From Candidatus Latescibacterota bacterium (lineage in GTDB: Bacteria > Latescibacterota > UBA2968): a DNA stretch of 64,000 nucleotides. Position 1 is the first letter of the stretch, and every line of letters starts with the position of its first letter. Under the pieces are notes generated by a model. The model was not told the origin of the DNA, did no database searches, and saw only the letters and a program-made list of their open reading frames with translations. Shown here piece by piece: positions 19,107 through 30,018 of the stretch. Made by a program: the position numbers and the translations under genes. The stretch is taken from NCBI GenBank assembly GCA_965207885.1, contig OZ242311.1, forward strand, positions 832,001 to 896,000. Direction: 5' to 3'.

Positions 19107-21254
19107 ATGTCTGTCTCTCGTGATCAAGTACTGAATTTTGTGCGTCAACAACATAGGCGTCCGCTCAAAATCAGGGAACTTGCTCGCGCGCTTCGCGTTT
19201 CTGATCGGGCGTATTCAGATTTTCGCCGCCTGATTCGCGGCATGGTGCGCGATGGGTATCTCGTCAAGTTGCGCCGTAGCCGTTACGGGATTCCGTCTGA
19301 ACACAATCTCGTCGTTGGTCGCATCAGTGTCCAGGCCAGTGGATATGGCTTGCTCGCGCCCGACGATGGCGGCGCAGATATTTTCATTGGTGCGAGATAC
19401 ATGAGGCGTGCGCGACACGGCGACCGCGCTTTGGTGCGCCTCACGCGCAGGGCACAGGGCAGTGACCGCGCAGAGGGTGAGTTGGTTCGCATTGTGGAAC
19501 GCGCCGAGCAAACAATGGTGGGCACGTATGATGGCGTTTCTCTTGTGGTCTCCGACGATCCGCGCATTCGCGCACGCGTTCATATCCCCGATGACCTGAC
19601 CTGCGGAGCTAAGGCGGGGCAAAAGGTGGTTGTGCACCTTAAATATTCCTCACCCAATGCCCATCCCGATGGTCAGATTGTCGAGGTTCTGGGCAATGCG
19701 GACGATGCGGGGATTGAGACCCTGATTCTCATCAAAAAACTCGGCCTTCCTCTCGTTTTTCCTCAACATGTGCTCGAAGTTGTAGAAGAGATTACAGAAG
19801 ATATTCCCGCAGAGGAGATTGACCGTCGCCTCGATTTGCGCGATTTGACCTGTTTTACCATTGATCCAGTTGATGCGCGCGATCACGACGATGCCGTGTC
19901 GCTTCAGGTTCTCGATGATCAGACCTATTGTCTGGGTATTCACATTGCCGATGTCAGCTACTATGTTCCCGAAGGCTCGCCCCTTGATCACGAAGCTCTC
20001 TCCCGTGGTAGCAGTGTGTATTTTCCCGATCGCGTCATTCCCATGTTGCCGGAGAGGCTTTCTGCAAATATCTGTTCTCTACAGCCCGGTGAAGATCGCC
20101 TTGCTCTGAGTATTCTGGCGCATATTACCCCCGATGGCGAGTTGATAGACACCCAAATTGCAGAGACGGTTATACGCAGCCGCGCGAGCCTGTCTTATGA
20201 AGAGGTTCAGCGCGTGCTCGATTGCGATAGGGGCGCGGCCAATCCCGCCGAACCGTATGCCGATGTTCTCATGCATATGGAGGCTCTGAGTATTCGTCTG
20301 ACAGAGAAACGCATGGCAAGGGGTACGATTGATTTTGAGATTCCCGAACCGCGTATTGTCCTCGACGATCAGGGCCATCCCATTCACATTGGTCCCCGCG
20401 CCCGTTTGAATAGTCATCGCCTCATCGAAGAATTTATGCTTCTGGCAAATGAAATCGTTGCGCGGCGCATGGCCGATGGCGGTATCCCGATTCTCTATCG
20501 CGTCCACGAACCGCCCGACGGTGAAAAACTCGCCGAATTTTGCGATCTGGCGAGAACATTGGGGTATCGCCTTTCCAATCCTTCGCGGGCGGAAAATATC
20601 CAGGCGTTTCTCGCAAATTTCAAGGATGAGCCTGTTGGTCATATTTTGAGCCATCGCCTGTTGCGTTCAATGAAGAAAGCGGTGTACACACCCGAAAATG
20701 TCGGTCATTTCGGGTTGGCTTGCGATACTTATACGCATTTCACGTCGCCCATTCGGCGCTATCCCGATCTGATTCTTCACCGGATTTTGCGCGATGCGAT
20801 CAACGATGGTAGCACGCCCGGACAGATGGCGCGCCGCGCACGCCGCTTGCCCGATATTGGAGATCTGGCGACGCAACGCGAGATCGCCGCGCAACAGGCC
20901 GAGTGGGATGCTATTCGACTTATGCAAATTCTCTATTTGAAAGATAAGATGGGCGAGTGTTTTGATGCTGTTATCGTCGATGTGCGTTCTATTGGTTTTT
21001 TTGTTCAACTCAATGATGTACTCATCGAGGGCCTGGTTCACGTAAAAAATCTCTGGGATGATTATTATATTTACCACGAGTTGCAAGGCGCACTCGTGGG
21101 CGAATCCACGGGGACGACTTTCCGACTTGGGGATTCGGTTCAGGTACAACTCGCCCAGCTCGACCAGCAACGCCTGCGGATAGACTTTCACCTTTTGTCA
21201 CATACGCAAAATGATCGTCCCAAAGGATCGCGGAAGAGACGCGGGCGGAGATAG
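19107..21254 (+). CDS. rnr: Ribonuclease R
   Basis: N-terminal HTH, TIDPVDARDHDDA, HFTSPIRRYPDL, S1 domain, basic tail. Confidence 0.95.
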   Translation: MSVSRDQVLNFVRQQHRRPLKIRELARALRVSDRAYSDFRRLIRGMVRDGYLVKLRRSRYGIPSEHNLVVGRISVQASGYGLLAPDDGGADIFIGARYMRRARHGDRALVRLTRRAQGSDRAEGELVRIVERAEQTMVGTYDGVSLVVSDDPRIRARVHIPDDLTCGAKAGQKVVVHLKYSSPNAHPDGQIVEVLGNADDAGIETLILIKKLGLPLVFPQHVLEVVEEITEDIPAEEIDRRLDLRDLTCFTIDPVDARDHDDAVSLQVLDDQTYCLGIHIADVSYYVPEGSPLDHEALSRGSSVYFPDRVIPMLPERLSANICSLQPGEDRLALSILAHITPDGELIDTQIAETVIRSRASLSYEEVQRVLDCDRGAANPAEPYADVLMHMEALSIRLTEKRMARGTIDFEIPEPRIVLDDQGHPIHIGPRARLNSHRLIEEFMLLANEIVARRMADGGIPILYRVHEPPDGEKLAEFCDLARTLGYRLSNPSRAENIQAFLANFKDEPVGHILSHRLLRSMKKAVYTPENVGHFGLACDTYTHFTSPIRRYPDLILHRILRDAINDGSTPGQMARRARRLPDIGDLATQREIAAQQAEWDAIRLMQILYLKDKMGECFDAVIVDVRSIGFFVQLNDVLIEGLVHVKNLWDDYYIYHELQGALVGESTGTTFRLGDSVQVQLAQLDQQRLRIDFHLLSHTQNDRPKGSRKRRGRR

Positions 21255-21335
21255 ACGCAATTTTGAACCTTTTGGACTCTCAAACATTAAAATAGGGGAT
21301 GGGGGGATGGGTCAAAATATACACGGGTATATATC

Positions 21336-22586
21336 ATGTCTTTCCGAGCCGGTTTTGTCGCAGTTTTACTTTTCGCGCTTCAGACCGCCTGGGGTGCCAA
21401 TACGAAGGATCTGCTTGAAGCGGACCGATTGAGTAAGCACCTCAAGGCGAAGGGCGATCAGAAAGAACATGTTGCCAAACACGTTTCCGCACTTCGCGAT
21501 ATCGTGATTGAATATCAAACTGAACGCGCGCGCCGAACCAACGAAGCCCTTTTGTGGCAGGGCTATATCCCAAAACTCAAGGATCTGAGAAGCCTGCGCC
21601 AGAGTGCGAATGACAGTGCCAGTGCCGTGTTTGATGCGCTCAAAACTGCGCTCGATAGCAAGCAAATTGAACGCCTGGATAAGCTCATTAAAAAGGGCGA
21701 TGTTTTTGCCATTCCCATTGCGGAATATCCCTATTACCACGTTCAAAACTCTCCGCTTTTTCCGGAGTTTTCGGGAAAAAAGGAGGTCTATAAACTCACC
21801 CTGCCTTCAGAACCCGATCCAGATAATACCTGGACATATCCCCAATTGCTCAAGGTATGGACTGTGCGCAGCTTTATTCCCTCGGTGCGTCCTATAGATG
21901 ATTTGCCGCAGGCACCGAGTATTGCCGATCATCCCGATTTGCAATTCCGGGAGTTGGGGGTTTCCGAACGCTATCGCGTCGTGCGTTCCCCGCTGCTCAT
22001 TTCAGCTACGCTGTACGTCCCGGATCTCGTGCGTTCAGAATTTGATATGTTGCAGACCCACTACGGTGCCGATAGCATTTCTGCCCAGACCTGGGACGAT
22101 TATGCGAGCCAGAACCAACTCGGTGACGATATTCAAATTCGCTTAAAATTCAATACCATCTACGACAAGGCATATCTCGATCTGAGTCGCTGGACAATTT
22201 ATCTCGAAGACAGCGAAGACATCGGGTATGAACCCGACAAAATTGAAGAGCGGGCATTTTATCCGCTCGAAGCACTCCAGGTGTCTGTGCCGGGCAGAGA
22301 AATTGAAGTCACAGATGTATTTGGCACGTATATTTATCCCACTTATACGCCCGGTGAAAAAGTGCGCTATTTTGCAGAGCCGCCCGTGAATATTACTTAT
22401 GTGGGCAATGAAAAATTGCTTATACTCTATTTTTCCGCGCACACTGTTATGAAAACACCGGTTGTTTCAGATCAGACGAAGTACATCAAACTCATCGTAC
22501 AGTCTCACGAAACCGATTTTGGCCGCAGCGAGATGATGTGGGAGTTCAAAAAACCCAAATCAAAAACTCGCCCACCCAGGGATTGA
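21336..22586 (+). CDS. Hypothetical secreted protein
   Basis: 416-aa ORF with signal peptide (AWG-A); no recognised motif. Confidence 0.75.
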   Translation: MSFRAGFVAVLLFALQTAWGANTKDLLEADRLSKHLKAKGDQKEHVAKHVSALRDIVIEYQTERARRTNEALLWQGYIPKLKDLRSLRQSANDSASAVFDALKTALDSKQIERLDKLIKKGDVFAIPIAEYPYYHVQNSPLFPEFSGKKEVYKLTLPSEPDPDNTWTYPQLLKVWTVRSFIPSVRPIDDLPQAPSIADHPDLQFRELGVSERYRVVRSPLLISATLYVPDLVRSEFDMLQTHYGADSISAQTWDDYASQNQLGDDIQIRLKFNTIYDKAYLDLSRWTIYLEDSEDIGYEPDKIEERAFYPLEALQVSVPGREIEVTDVFGTYIYPTYTPGEKVRYFAEPPVNITYVGNEKLLILYFSAHTVMKTPVVSDQTKYIKLIVQSHETDFGRSEMMWEFKKPKSKTRPPRD

Positions 22587-22588
22587 TC

Positions 22589-24493
22589 ATGCGTTACACA
22601 TTCTTTTGTTTGTTCACACTGCTCATCGGCTGTGTATCACCGCAGCAACCGCAGATTAGCTTGCGCTCTGTCCCCAAAAAATCACCCCCTCATCCCCATG
22701 CTGTCACGCACTTTTTGCGGGCGAGATTTGCAGAATCCGCAGGCCAACGCGATCGGGCTATTGAAGAATTGCAAGCCGCTGTGCAATACGACTCAACCTC
22801 TGCAACGCTCTACAGTGCACTGGCTCGCAATCTCAATGCTGTTCGGCGATTTCAACAGGCGGTTGAACCCGCGCGGCGAGCCGTTCAAATTGATCCCCAA
22901 AATGTGCAAACCCGCTGGCTCTATTACGAAGCCCTCAGCCGGGGCCTGCGCGATACTACCAGTGCGATTGACCAGTTGAATGCCATTGTGCGCCTCGCGC
23001 CGCGAGACCTGAGTGCTTATCAACATCTTTTTCAAATTTACAGGGCCAGAGGGCAGCGCAACAAAGTCATGACATTGCTCGATAGCGTTGTTGCCATGCC
23101 CGGACTGATGGGGGCGCGCGAAAAGCGCTTTGCCGCTGACATCTACAATCAGCAGCGCGCGTTTGACAAAGCAGCGCAAATCTATCGCGGTATCCTCAAA
23201 GACGATCCCAATAACGATGATCTCCAGTTTAAGCTGGGCATAACACATCTCTCTCGGGGCGATACGTTGGCTGCCGAACAAAATTTCCGGCGGATAATCG
23301 CGCGGCAAGATTATAGCGTTACCAGGGAGAACGTCCCGGTCTGGGTTCAATTAGTACACATTTACAGCCACGAACCCTATCTCAATTACCTCTTTGAGGA
23401 ACCAGATGCCCGTCTGGTCAATCAGTTGGGCAATGTGCTCCTCAGAATGGTGAAGGGGCGTCACGATCACGACGAGAAAATGCTATTTGTCGATATGGCC
23501 GAACGCGTTCTCAATCACCAGTTGCAAACCGATCCCGAAAACCAGACTCTGCTGGGCATAAAAGCCCGTTTGTTGCTCGATGCCAATCGTACGGCCGATG
23601 CGCGCAAAACCTATCGCCACGCCAACTTACAGGGTGAAAAGACCGAATATCATCTCGGCATTGCCCGTTCTTACAGGGCCGAGGAAAACTGGGCAAGCGC
23701 GCAACAGATTTTAGAAAAGCTCCATGGAGACACGCGCCCCGAAAGCGAGTATTACGATCAAATCGCGTTTGATCTTGCCCGCGTTTATTTGCGCCAAAAC
23801 GAAATTGCCAGTGCGCGCATTATCTATCAACAGGCTGTTGACGCGAGGCCCAAAAATACGGGTTTTCGCTACGAACTGGCGCGTACATATCTTTTTGATC
23901 GCAACTGGGAAAGAGCCATTCCTCTGCTGGAGCCACTCGTCGCCGATACGGAAAATAATCCCGAGTTTCTCGAGCATGTCCTCTTCGATCTGGGACGCAG
24001 CCTTGAACGGGCGGGACATTTCGATCGCGCTGTCGCGGTATTTCAGCGCCTTTTGGCACTGGATCAGGATCACGCAGATGCCAGCAATTATTTGGGGTAT
24101 ATGCTCGCCGAGCGCGGTGAACGCCTCACCGAGGCAAAAAAGTTAATTGAACGCGCTCTGAAAATTGACCCGGAGAACGGCGCTTATCTCGACAGCCTCG
24201 GCTGGGTCTATTATCAGCTCAAGCAGTACGAAAACGCCGCGCGTTGGCTCGACCGTGCACTCGCCGTAGAGGAAGAAACCCTTCGCCAAACCGATCCCAA
24301 TTCCCCAATTGTAGATGGTCTGCGCGAAAATCTCGCGGTTATTCACGAGCACGCGGGCGACGCAGCGCAAAAAATGGGTGATCTCGACCGCGCGAGCCAC
24401 CACTATGAACGCGCTATAGAATTTGATCCCGACAATCAAACTCTGCGGGAAAAATTCAAAAATCTTTCCAGAGATGCGAGTTATTCCGAATAG
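22589..24493 (+). CDS. TPR-repeat lipoprotein
   Basis: Lipobox LIGC; multiple TPRs, NYLGYMLA..., DSLGWVYY. Confidence 0.9.
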   Translation: MRYTFFCLFTLLIGCVSPQQPQISLRSVPKKSPPHPHAVTHFLRARFAESAGQRDRAIEELQAAVQYDSTSATLYSALARNLNAVRRFQQAVEPARRAVQIDPQNVQTRWLYYEALSRGLRDTTSAIDQLNAIVRLAPRDLSAYQHLFQIYRARGQRNKVMTLLDSVVAMPGLMGAREKRFAADIYNQQRAFDKAAQIYRGILKDDPNNDDLQFKLGITHLSRGDTLAAEQNFRRIIARQDYSVTRENVPVWVQLVHIYSHEPYLNYLFEEPDARLVNQLGNVLLRMVKGRHDHDEKMLFVDMAERVLNHQLQTDPENQTLLGIKARLLLDANRTADARKTYRHANLQGEKTEYHLGIARSYRAEENWASAQQILEKLHGDTRPESEYYDQIAFDLARVYLRQNEIASARIIYQQAVDARPKNTGFRYELARTYLFDRNWERAIPLLEPLVADTENNPEFLEHVLFDLGRSLERAGHFDRAVAVFQRLLALDQDHADASNYLGYMLAERGERLTEAKKLIERALKIDPENGAYLDSLGWVYYQLKQYENAARWLDRALAVEEETLRQTDPNSPIVDGLRENLAVIHEHAGDAAQKMGDLDRASHHYERAIEFDPDNQTLREKFKNLSRDASYSE

Positions 24494-24521
24494 ACGAACC
24501 CCGCCCTGCCTCAAATGCCAA

Positions 24522-25292
24522 ATGCACAATCCTAAATATCTCCTTATTCTCCTCTCTCTGATCGCTGGCTGTGTCGCCAATCGTCCCGCTCTCTTGCCGC
24601 CTGTTACTTCTTCAACCGAATTTTTCCATCTCATCGCTACCCGCTACGACAGTTTGCACAATCAGGAGGTTCGCGCGAGTATTGACCTCACTATTGATGG
24701 GGTGCGCGAACGCAGGGCTTCTGCGCTTGTACGCCACCGATTTCCTTCGGATCTCAAACTCGTGGTTGGCGGTTTCGGTACCGTGGTCATGGCCGCGCGT
24801 GCCCAGGATGATACGCTGCACGTTCACCTGCCCCGTGAGAATCGCTATCTCGTGGGTCCTCCCGAAGATGTGCTCTACGTGCTCACGGACGTCGATCTGT
24901 CCTATTATGCGTATGATCGCGCCATTCTCGGCTTGCCCAATCTCTCTCTCCTGGATGCCTCTCGCGTGGTGCGATTTGAACCCGGGGAAAAACATATTTT
25001 TTTCGAGTTGCAATACGATCTTTATTTGCGCCGTCTCTGGATTGAGGCAAGTACGGGTTTTTTGCGCGAGGAGAGGGTCTATAACGCCGATGGACAACTC
25101 GTATCGGCGCGCATGCTGTCCGATTATCGCATGGATGACGGTTTTGCACTACCCAGGCGTATCGAGATTCGGCAGGGTGAGGATGTGATGCTCATCCAGA
25201 TCAAATCGCGCGCTATTAATACGGGTCTGGCTGACAAGGACTTTGTTTTGCCCGTGCCCAGAGATGCCACGCGTCACGATATTCAACGGTGA
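24522..25292 (+). CDS. DUF4292/LolB-like outer-membrane lipoprotein
   Basis: Lipobox IAGC; C-terminal YRMDDGFALPRRIEI...F.LPVP; follows TPR gene. Confidence 0.65.
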   Translation: MHNPKYLLILLSLIAGCVANRPALLPPVTSSTEFFHLIATRYDSLHNQEVRASIDLTIDGVRERRASALVRHRFPSDLKLVVGGFGTVVMAARAQDDTLHVHLPRENRYLVGPPEDVLYVLTDVDLSYYAYDRAILGLPNLSLLDASRVVRFEPGEKHIFFELQYDLYLRRLWIEASTGFLREERVYNADGQLVSARMLSDYRMDDGFALPRRIEIRQGEDVMLIQIKSRAINTGLADKDFVLPVPRDATRHDIQR

Positions 25293-25312
25293 ATACTGCG
25301 ACGCGAATGATA

Positions 25313-25348
25313 AAAAGAGCACTGGTTCGTCAGAATCAGTGCTCTTTT
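25313..25348. terminator. Bidirectional terminator
   Basis: AAAAGAGCACTG...CAGTGCTCTTTT between convergent genes. Confidence 0.85.
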
Positions 25349-25374
25349 ATTTTGTGCAAGGTGGAACGCGCCTG

Positions 25375-27966
25375 TTACTCGTCTAATGTGCGGAGGCTGA
25401 TGGTGGGACCGAAAAAGAGGGCGTTGGCAAAGAGTTTTTGGGTGCCGTACCAATAGGCGCGGAAGGTGGGGTTGTCGAGCATGAGTATGACGCGGCCATT
25501 GCCCTGTTTGGCGACGAGAGTGGATGCGGATTCGGCGATGTAATTGTGGTTCTGTTCAGAGATATATCCTGCGAGCAAGGGCTGTTTGGTGTATTGCAAA
25601 GGGGTGGCATAAGGGTTTACTGGTTTGATAAAGAGTGTGCCGCGCCGAAAGACTGGCAGGCTATCGCTGCGATACCCATAGGCGAGGGGATGGGTGCGGT
25701 CCAGGTGAACCCGAAAGATAGCACCGCCAATAATTTGCGCTCCCCGGTCGCTGGCTGCGTCGATATAAGCTTTGCGGTCACTGTAATTTCCTCGATTTCG
25801 CTCGACGAATTGGGCACTGGCGAGCTTGGTATTGATGGCCCAATGAACAGCACTGTTGAGTGCTATGAGTGTGTTGCCCTGGCGCAACCACTGTTTTAAG
25901 GCGTTGACGCCAGTAGAATCGAAGTTGCTATAAGGTCCGCCTGCTGCGATTACTGTATTATAGCGATTGAGGTCTATATCGCGCACATGGCTGGCGTCTA
26001 TGAGGCTGATGGACATATTATAGCGCTGGTCTAACAAATGCCACACTTCACCGGCGTTATAGACATCGGTGCCTTTGCCAATTAAAAGGGCTATTTGAGG
26101 CATTTTGAGGGGGACAAACCCCGGGCTACCCAGGTCAATACCGCTGTCGGTCTGCCCGGTGGAGACGGCAAATACATTGAGCGCATCTTCTCGCGCGATT
26201 GTTTGCATGAGGTTTCGAATTGTTTGTGGATCATTTTTTTGAATGCCCATGGGGATGAGTATGGTACCGTAGTTAAATAAGTGCTCATTCTCCGAGTCTG
26301 AGGAAATACGCATGCTGAACTGTCGCGAGGCTACTTTGGCTCTTATACCGGCTTTTTGCATGCGGTAGAGTGCGCGAGGTGCGTAATGTCCCTTCCATTC
26401 AAAAAGGTACGCATAAGTATTGATCTCCGGGTTGAAGACAGACAGACGGCCACGAGGAAATTTAGACGGCGGCAACAGGTCGCCGATAAATTCCTGGGAT
26501 GAAGATTTGATTTCTAATAGGGGCATGTTAAATGCCAGGGGTAGTGTCCAGGCTGATACATCGTAGAATAAGCTGTCTGTAAAGGTGGTACGGCGCTCAA
26601 ACAGGCTGGTGAGCAAGCGGTATTGCGGTTGCGCGGTGGGAATGATATAGGCCGAGCCGGGCGAGAAGGTTTGACCACCGATGCGCATGGGGCGCGCGAG
26701 GTCGTAGATCTGTATGTGGTGTTGCTGGAGTACGTCGATAAAATGATGGGTGCGCGCCACGTCATCCGGATCGCCAAAAACATAAGCTTTGATGGCGGCA
26801 CCCTCGGCTTCCCGGGTTGCGGAGATGTAAAAATCGCGCTGATGCGATAGCAGTTCGGTGCGCAGTTCACGGGCTGCCTGGAGTGCTGATAGGGCAGTTC
26901 TTATCTGATTGCGTATGGCAAAGGGAAAGGAGATCGGTCCGTGAATGCTTTCTTGCATAAGTCCGCGTGCGCTGGCTTGCTCAAAGAGAAGGCCCACGCC
27001 GCCGTTGAGATCGGGATAGGTCGATCCTTTGCCGATGTAAAAGTCGTCGAATGACTCCCGTGTGTAATATAGTGTGCCGATTTTATCGAGCGCGCTGACG
27101 TGGCGTTCGGCGATTGCAGCGGTGAGTTGATATGTGCGTGCCGGGGTGAGGGGATTGTTGCGCGAGGGTATGCCCGGTTGAAAGAAGTAAGTGGAATTGG
27201 TGTTCATTTCATGGTGGTCGGTGAGCATGTTGGGTTTCCAGGCGTGGTATGTTTCAATCCGCCCCCGGCTTTCGGGATGTTGAAGAAATACCCAGTCGCG
27301 GTTGAGGTCAAACCAGTAGTGGTTGGTGCGCCCACTCGGCCAGATTTCTCGATGTTCCCGGTGTTCGGGATCGGCAATGAGTTGTTTGCTGCGGTGCATG
27401 TTTGCCCAGTGTGCAAAGCGACTGAAGCCATCGGGGTTGGATACGGGATCGAGCAAGATGACGGTATTGACGAGGAGGTTGTCTATGGCAGGACCTTGCG
27501 CCGCCGCCAGATGATATGCAATTAATGGCGCGGCGTTGCCGCCGCTGGGTTCATTGCCGTGGATGCTATATCCCATGTACACGACTACGGGCATTGTGTT
27601 GATGTCGAGCGCGGACGATTGGTCCGGGTTTGTGAGTTGCCGGTGTTGTGTCTGGATGGCTTCGAGGTTCTGGTGGTTTTGTGGGGATGTGATGGTGAGT
27701 AATAATAGGGGGCGTTGCTGATATGTTTGGGCATATTGCGTGAGGGCAATGCGGTCGGAGCGTTCGGCCAATGTGTGCAGGTAGTTCACGATGAGGTCGT
27801 GTCGCAGGTGCCAATCGCCAATCTGAAATCCGAAAAAGTCTTCGGGTGTGGGGATGTCGGGATTGTAGGTCGTGCCCTCGGGCAGGTAATAGCTGAGGTC
27901 AACACGAGAATGAGCCGGTGTGTTCAACCCGATCAATGCGATGAGGACGATCAATAGGCGTGTCAT
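25375..27966 (-). CDS. M14 zinc carboxypeptidase (exported; alternative start 27996)
   Basis: SIHGNE, DLNRDW, DHHEM; signal peptide. Confidence 0.9.
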   Translation of the reverse strand: MTRLLIVLIALIGLNTPAHSRVDLSYYLPEGTTYNPDIPTPEDFFGFQIGDWHLRHDLIVNYLHTLAERSDRIALTQYAQTYQQRPLLLLTITSPQNHQNLEAIQTQHRQLTNPDQSSALDINTMPVVVYMGYSIHGNEPSGGNAAPLIAYHLAAAQGPAIDNLLVNTVILLDPVSNPDGFSRFAHWANMHRSKQLIADPEHREHREIWPSGRTNHYWFDLNRDWVFLQHPESRGRIETYHAWKPNMLTDHHEMNTNSTYFFQPGIPSRNNPLTPARTYQLTAAIAERHVSALDKIGTLYYTRESFDDFYIGKGSTYPDLNGGVGLLFEQASARGLMQESIHGPISFPFAIRNQIRTALSALQAARELRTELLSHQRDFYISATREAEGAAIKAYVFGDPDDVARTHHFIDVLQQHHIQIYDLARPMRIGGQTFSPGSAYIIPTAQPQYRLLTSLFERRTTFTDSLFYDVSAWTLPLAFNMPLLEIKSSSQEFIGDLLPPSKFPRGRLSVFNPEINTYAYLFEWKGHYAPRALYRMQKAGIRAKVASRQFSMRISSDSENEHLFNYGTILIPMGIQKNDPQTIRNLMQTIAREDALNVFAVSTGQTDSGIDLGSPGFVPLKMPQIALLIGKGTDVYNAGEVWHLLDQRYNMSISLIDASHVRDIDLNRYNTVIAAGGPYSNFDSTGVNALKQWLRQGNTLIALNSAVHWAINTKLASAQFVERNRGNYSDRKAYIDAASDRGAQIIGGAIFRVHLDRTHPLAYGYRSDSLPVFRRGTLFIKPVNPYATPLQYTKQPLLAGYISEQNHNYIAESASTLVAKQGNGRVILMLDNPTFRAYWYGTQKLFANALFFGPTISLRTLDE

Positions 27967-28197
27967 TGGATGCCTCGTTGTAGGGTGAGAGGACATAACA
28001 AGGAAAGAAATTATTAGAAAAAGTCAAATGAGAAGGTTTTGGTCCTTCAAATGAGTTTATTGCCTTGATCCACGGGAGTCATTTTTTTTCAAGACCAGTT
28101 TTTAGAAAAAAATAAATTGCATTTAAAACTAAAATATTTTATTTTTTTGTGAAACTTTTTGTCCAAAATGGTGTCTAAATTAAAAAAAAGGAGAAAA

Positions 28198-28599
28198 ATG
28201 CGTAAAATTATTGAGAAATGTCCTGCCTGCCAGAATGAGGTGATTGTCACCCGCATTCGCTGTACGAGATGTGAATGTGAGGTGATTGGAGAATTTCAGC
28301 CCACAATTTTTAACCGTCTGTCGCCCGAAAATCTGACTTTTGTCGAGACATTTGTCCGATTGCGCGGCAATGTCAAAGAGATGACGCGCGAACTCCGCGT
28401 GCCCTATAGCACGATTCGCAATCATCTCGACGATGTGATTGCAGAACTCGGTTTTGCAACGGGAACACATCCCGAGGTGGAGGATTTGTCCGCTGCGTCT
28501 CAGCAAGAGGTGCTCGACCGTCTCGAATCTGGTGAGATTTCAGTGGAGGATGCAGCGGAAGAACTTAAAAGGATAAATAAAGAAAGGAGTATATCGTGA
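28198..28599 (+). CDS. DUF2089 family Zn-ribbon/HTH protein
   Basis: CPAC...CTRC, RGNVKEM..., C-terminal LESGEISVEDA. Confidence 0.85.
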   Translation: MRKIIEKCPACQNEVIVTRIRCTRCECEVIGEFQPTIFNRLSPENLTFVETFVRLRGNVKEMTRELRVPYSTIRNHLDDVIAELGFATGTHPEVEDLSAASQQEVLDRLESGEISVEDAAEELKRINKERSIS

Positions 28600-29954
28600 A
28601 AGAAGAACGCATGAAAGTTCTGGAGATGATTCAAGATGGAAAAATAACAGCAGAAGATGCTGTGAAATTACTCGATGCGCTCGGAGATACTGCAGAAGAA
28701 CCGCAAGGTGAAGGTCGCCAGCGCAGACGCAATGGAAGTCGTCAGCGCCAACGCCGACGCTCTGGCGGCGCAGATATTCAGGTTGAGGTGCAAAAACGCA
28801 TCCGGGAAACGCAAGAGACCCTGCGCGAGGCTATGCCCAGAGCCAGACGCGCGGTGCGCGAGGCGATGCGCTCAATTCCCGATGTGGGCGAGATTGTTCA
28901 GGAAGCGATGCAAACAGCGTCTGAAGCCGTTTCACAATGGGTGGAAGATAGCGATAGAAAGCATCCCGAAAAAGCTGTTCGACAATTTGTTGAGACAACA
29001 CCGATCCAGGTATCTGAGCGTCTATCCGTACGGACGACAAGAGGCCATGTAACTTCAAAAATTTGGGATCGCGATGAGGTCAAGATTGACGCAAAAATCT
29101 CGGTTTGGGGAACTGATGAAGAAGCGGTGAATGCCTTTGCTGAACAAATTGATATTCAAATACGGCGGGAATCCGGTGCTGTGCAGATACGACCCAATGT
29201 GCCCAAACGCAAAAAAGGCGATTCGATTCGATCTGTGCGGATCGACTTTGAGTTGCGTCATCCCGAAAAAGTTGATCTCGATGTGCGAGCCGGTCGCGGA
29301 AATATCACGCTTCCACAAATAGATGGCGCAGCAACCCTCAATAATAACCGCGGTAAAACGATTTTTGAGGGCGCGTCGGGCAATATAAAGATCAAACAGA
29401 ACCGCGGCGATATCGCGGTGCAACATGCAGGCGGTGATTTTATTGCAAACAATAACCGCGGTTCAATTAACGTCGGTCAGGTTGGGGGACGTGTGGTTGC
29501 AAAAAATAATCGCGGTACAACGCGCCTGAAAAATATTGCCGGTGCAACTACTGTACAGGCCAACCGGGGAGCTATCGAAATTGAAAATCCCGAGGCGGGT
29601 ATCGTTATAAAAAGTCGCGGCAGCAATATTGTGGTGCGTCCACACAAACCCATTGGCGATGACTACGCGATTCAAAATAAAGATGGCGCAGTTGATCTCA
29701 CCATTCCCGATGGTTCGGCTGTTGATGTACACGGCTATGTCGGGCGCGGAAGTATCCAGACCGACCTGCCCCTGTCTATTACCGGCGTGTCGCGTACCTC
29801 ACAGGTCGTGACGGGTCAACTCAATGGCGGCGGTTCCAAGGTTGCGATTGAACTTGGTCGGGGCGATCTGAGGTTGTATTCAGATGAGGATATTGAGACA
29901 GATGAGCCAGAAGCCCCTACGCCGCCCGATCCGCCTGAACCACCTGAAAAATAA
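28596..29954 (+). CDS. SHOCT-like + DUF4097 beta-repeat protein
   Basis: EERMKVLEMIQDGKITAEDA; repeated NNRGxI beta-strands. Confidence 0.8.
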   Translation: MKEERMKVLEMIQDGKITAEDAVKLLDALGDTAEEPQGEGRQRRRNGSRQRQRRRSGGADIQVEVQKRIRETQETLREAMPRARRAVREAMRSIPDVGEIVQEAMQTASEAVSQWVEDSDRKHPEKAVRQFVETTPIQVSERLSVRTTRGHVTSKIWDRDEVKIDAKISVWGTDEEAVNAFAEQIDIQIRRESGAVQIRPNVPKRKKGDSIRSVRIDFELRHPEKVDLDVRAGRGNITLPQIDGAATLNNNRGKTIFEGASGNIKIKQNRGDIAVQHAGGDFIANNNRGSINVGQVGGRVVAKNNRGTTRLKNIAGATTVQANRGAIEIENPEAGIVIKSRGSNIVVRPHKPIGDDYAIQNKDGAVDLTIPDGSAVDVHGYVGRGSIQTDLPLSITGVSRTSQVVTGQLNGGGSKVAIELGRGDLRLYSDEDIETDEPEAPTPPDPPEPPEK

Positions 29955-29966
29955 GGCGGTTTACTG

Positions 29967-29999
29967 AAAAACCCGCTCCCTAAAGGGGCGGGTTTTTTT
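29967..29999 (+). terminator. Rho-independent terminator
   Basis: AAAAACCCGC...GCGGGTTTTTTT. Confidence 0.8.
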
Positions 30000-30018
30000 A
30001 AGTTCTTGCTTTAATCTA

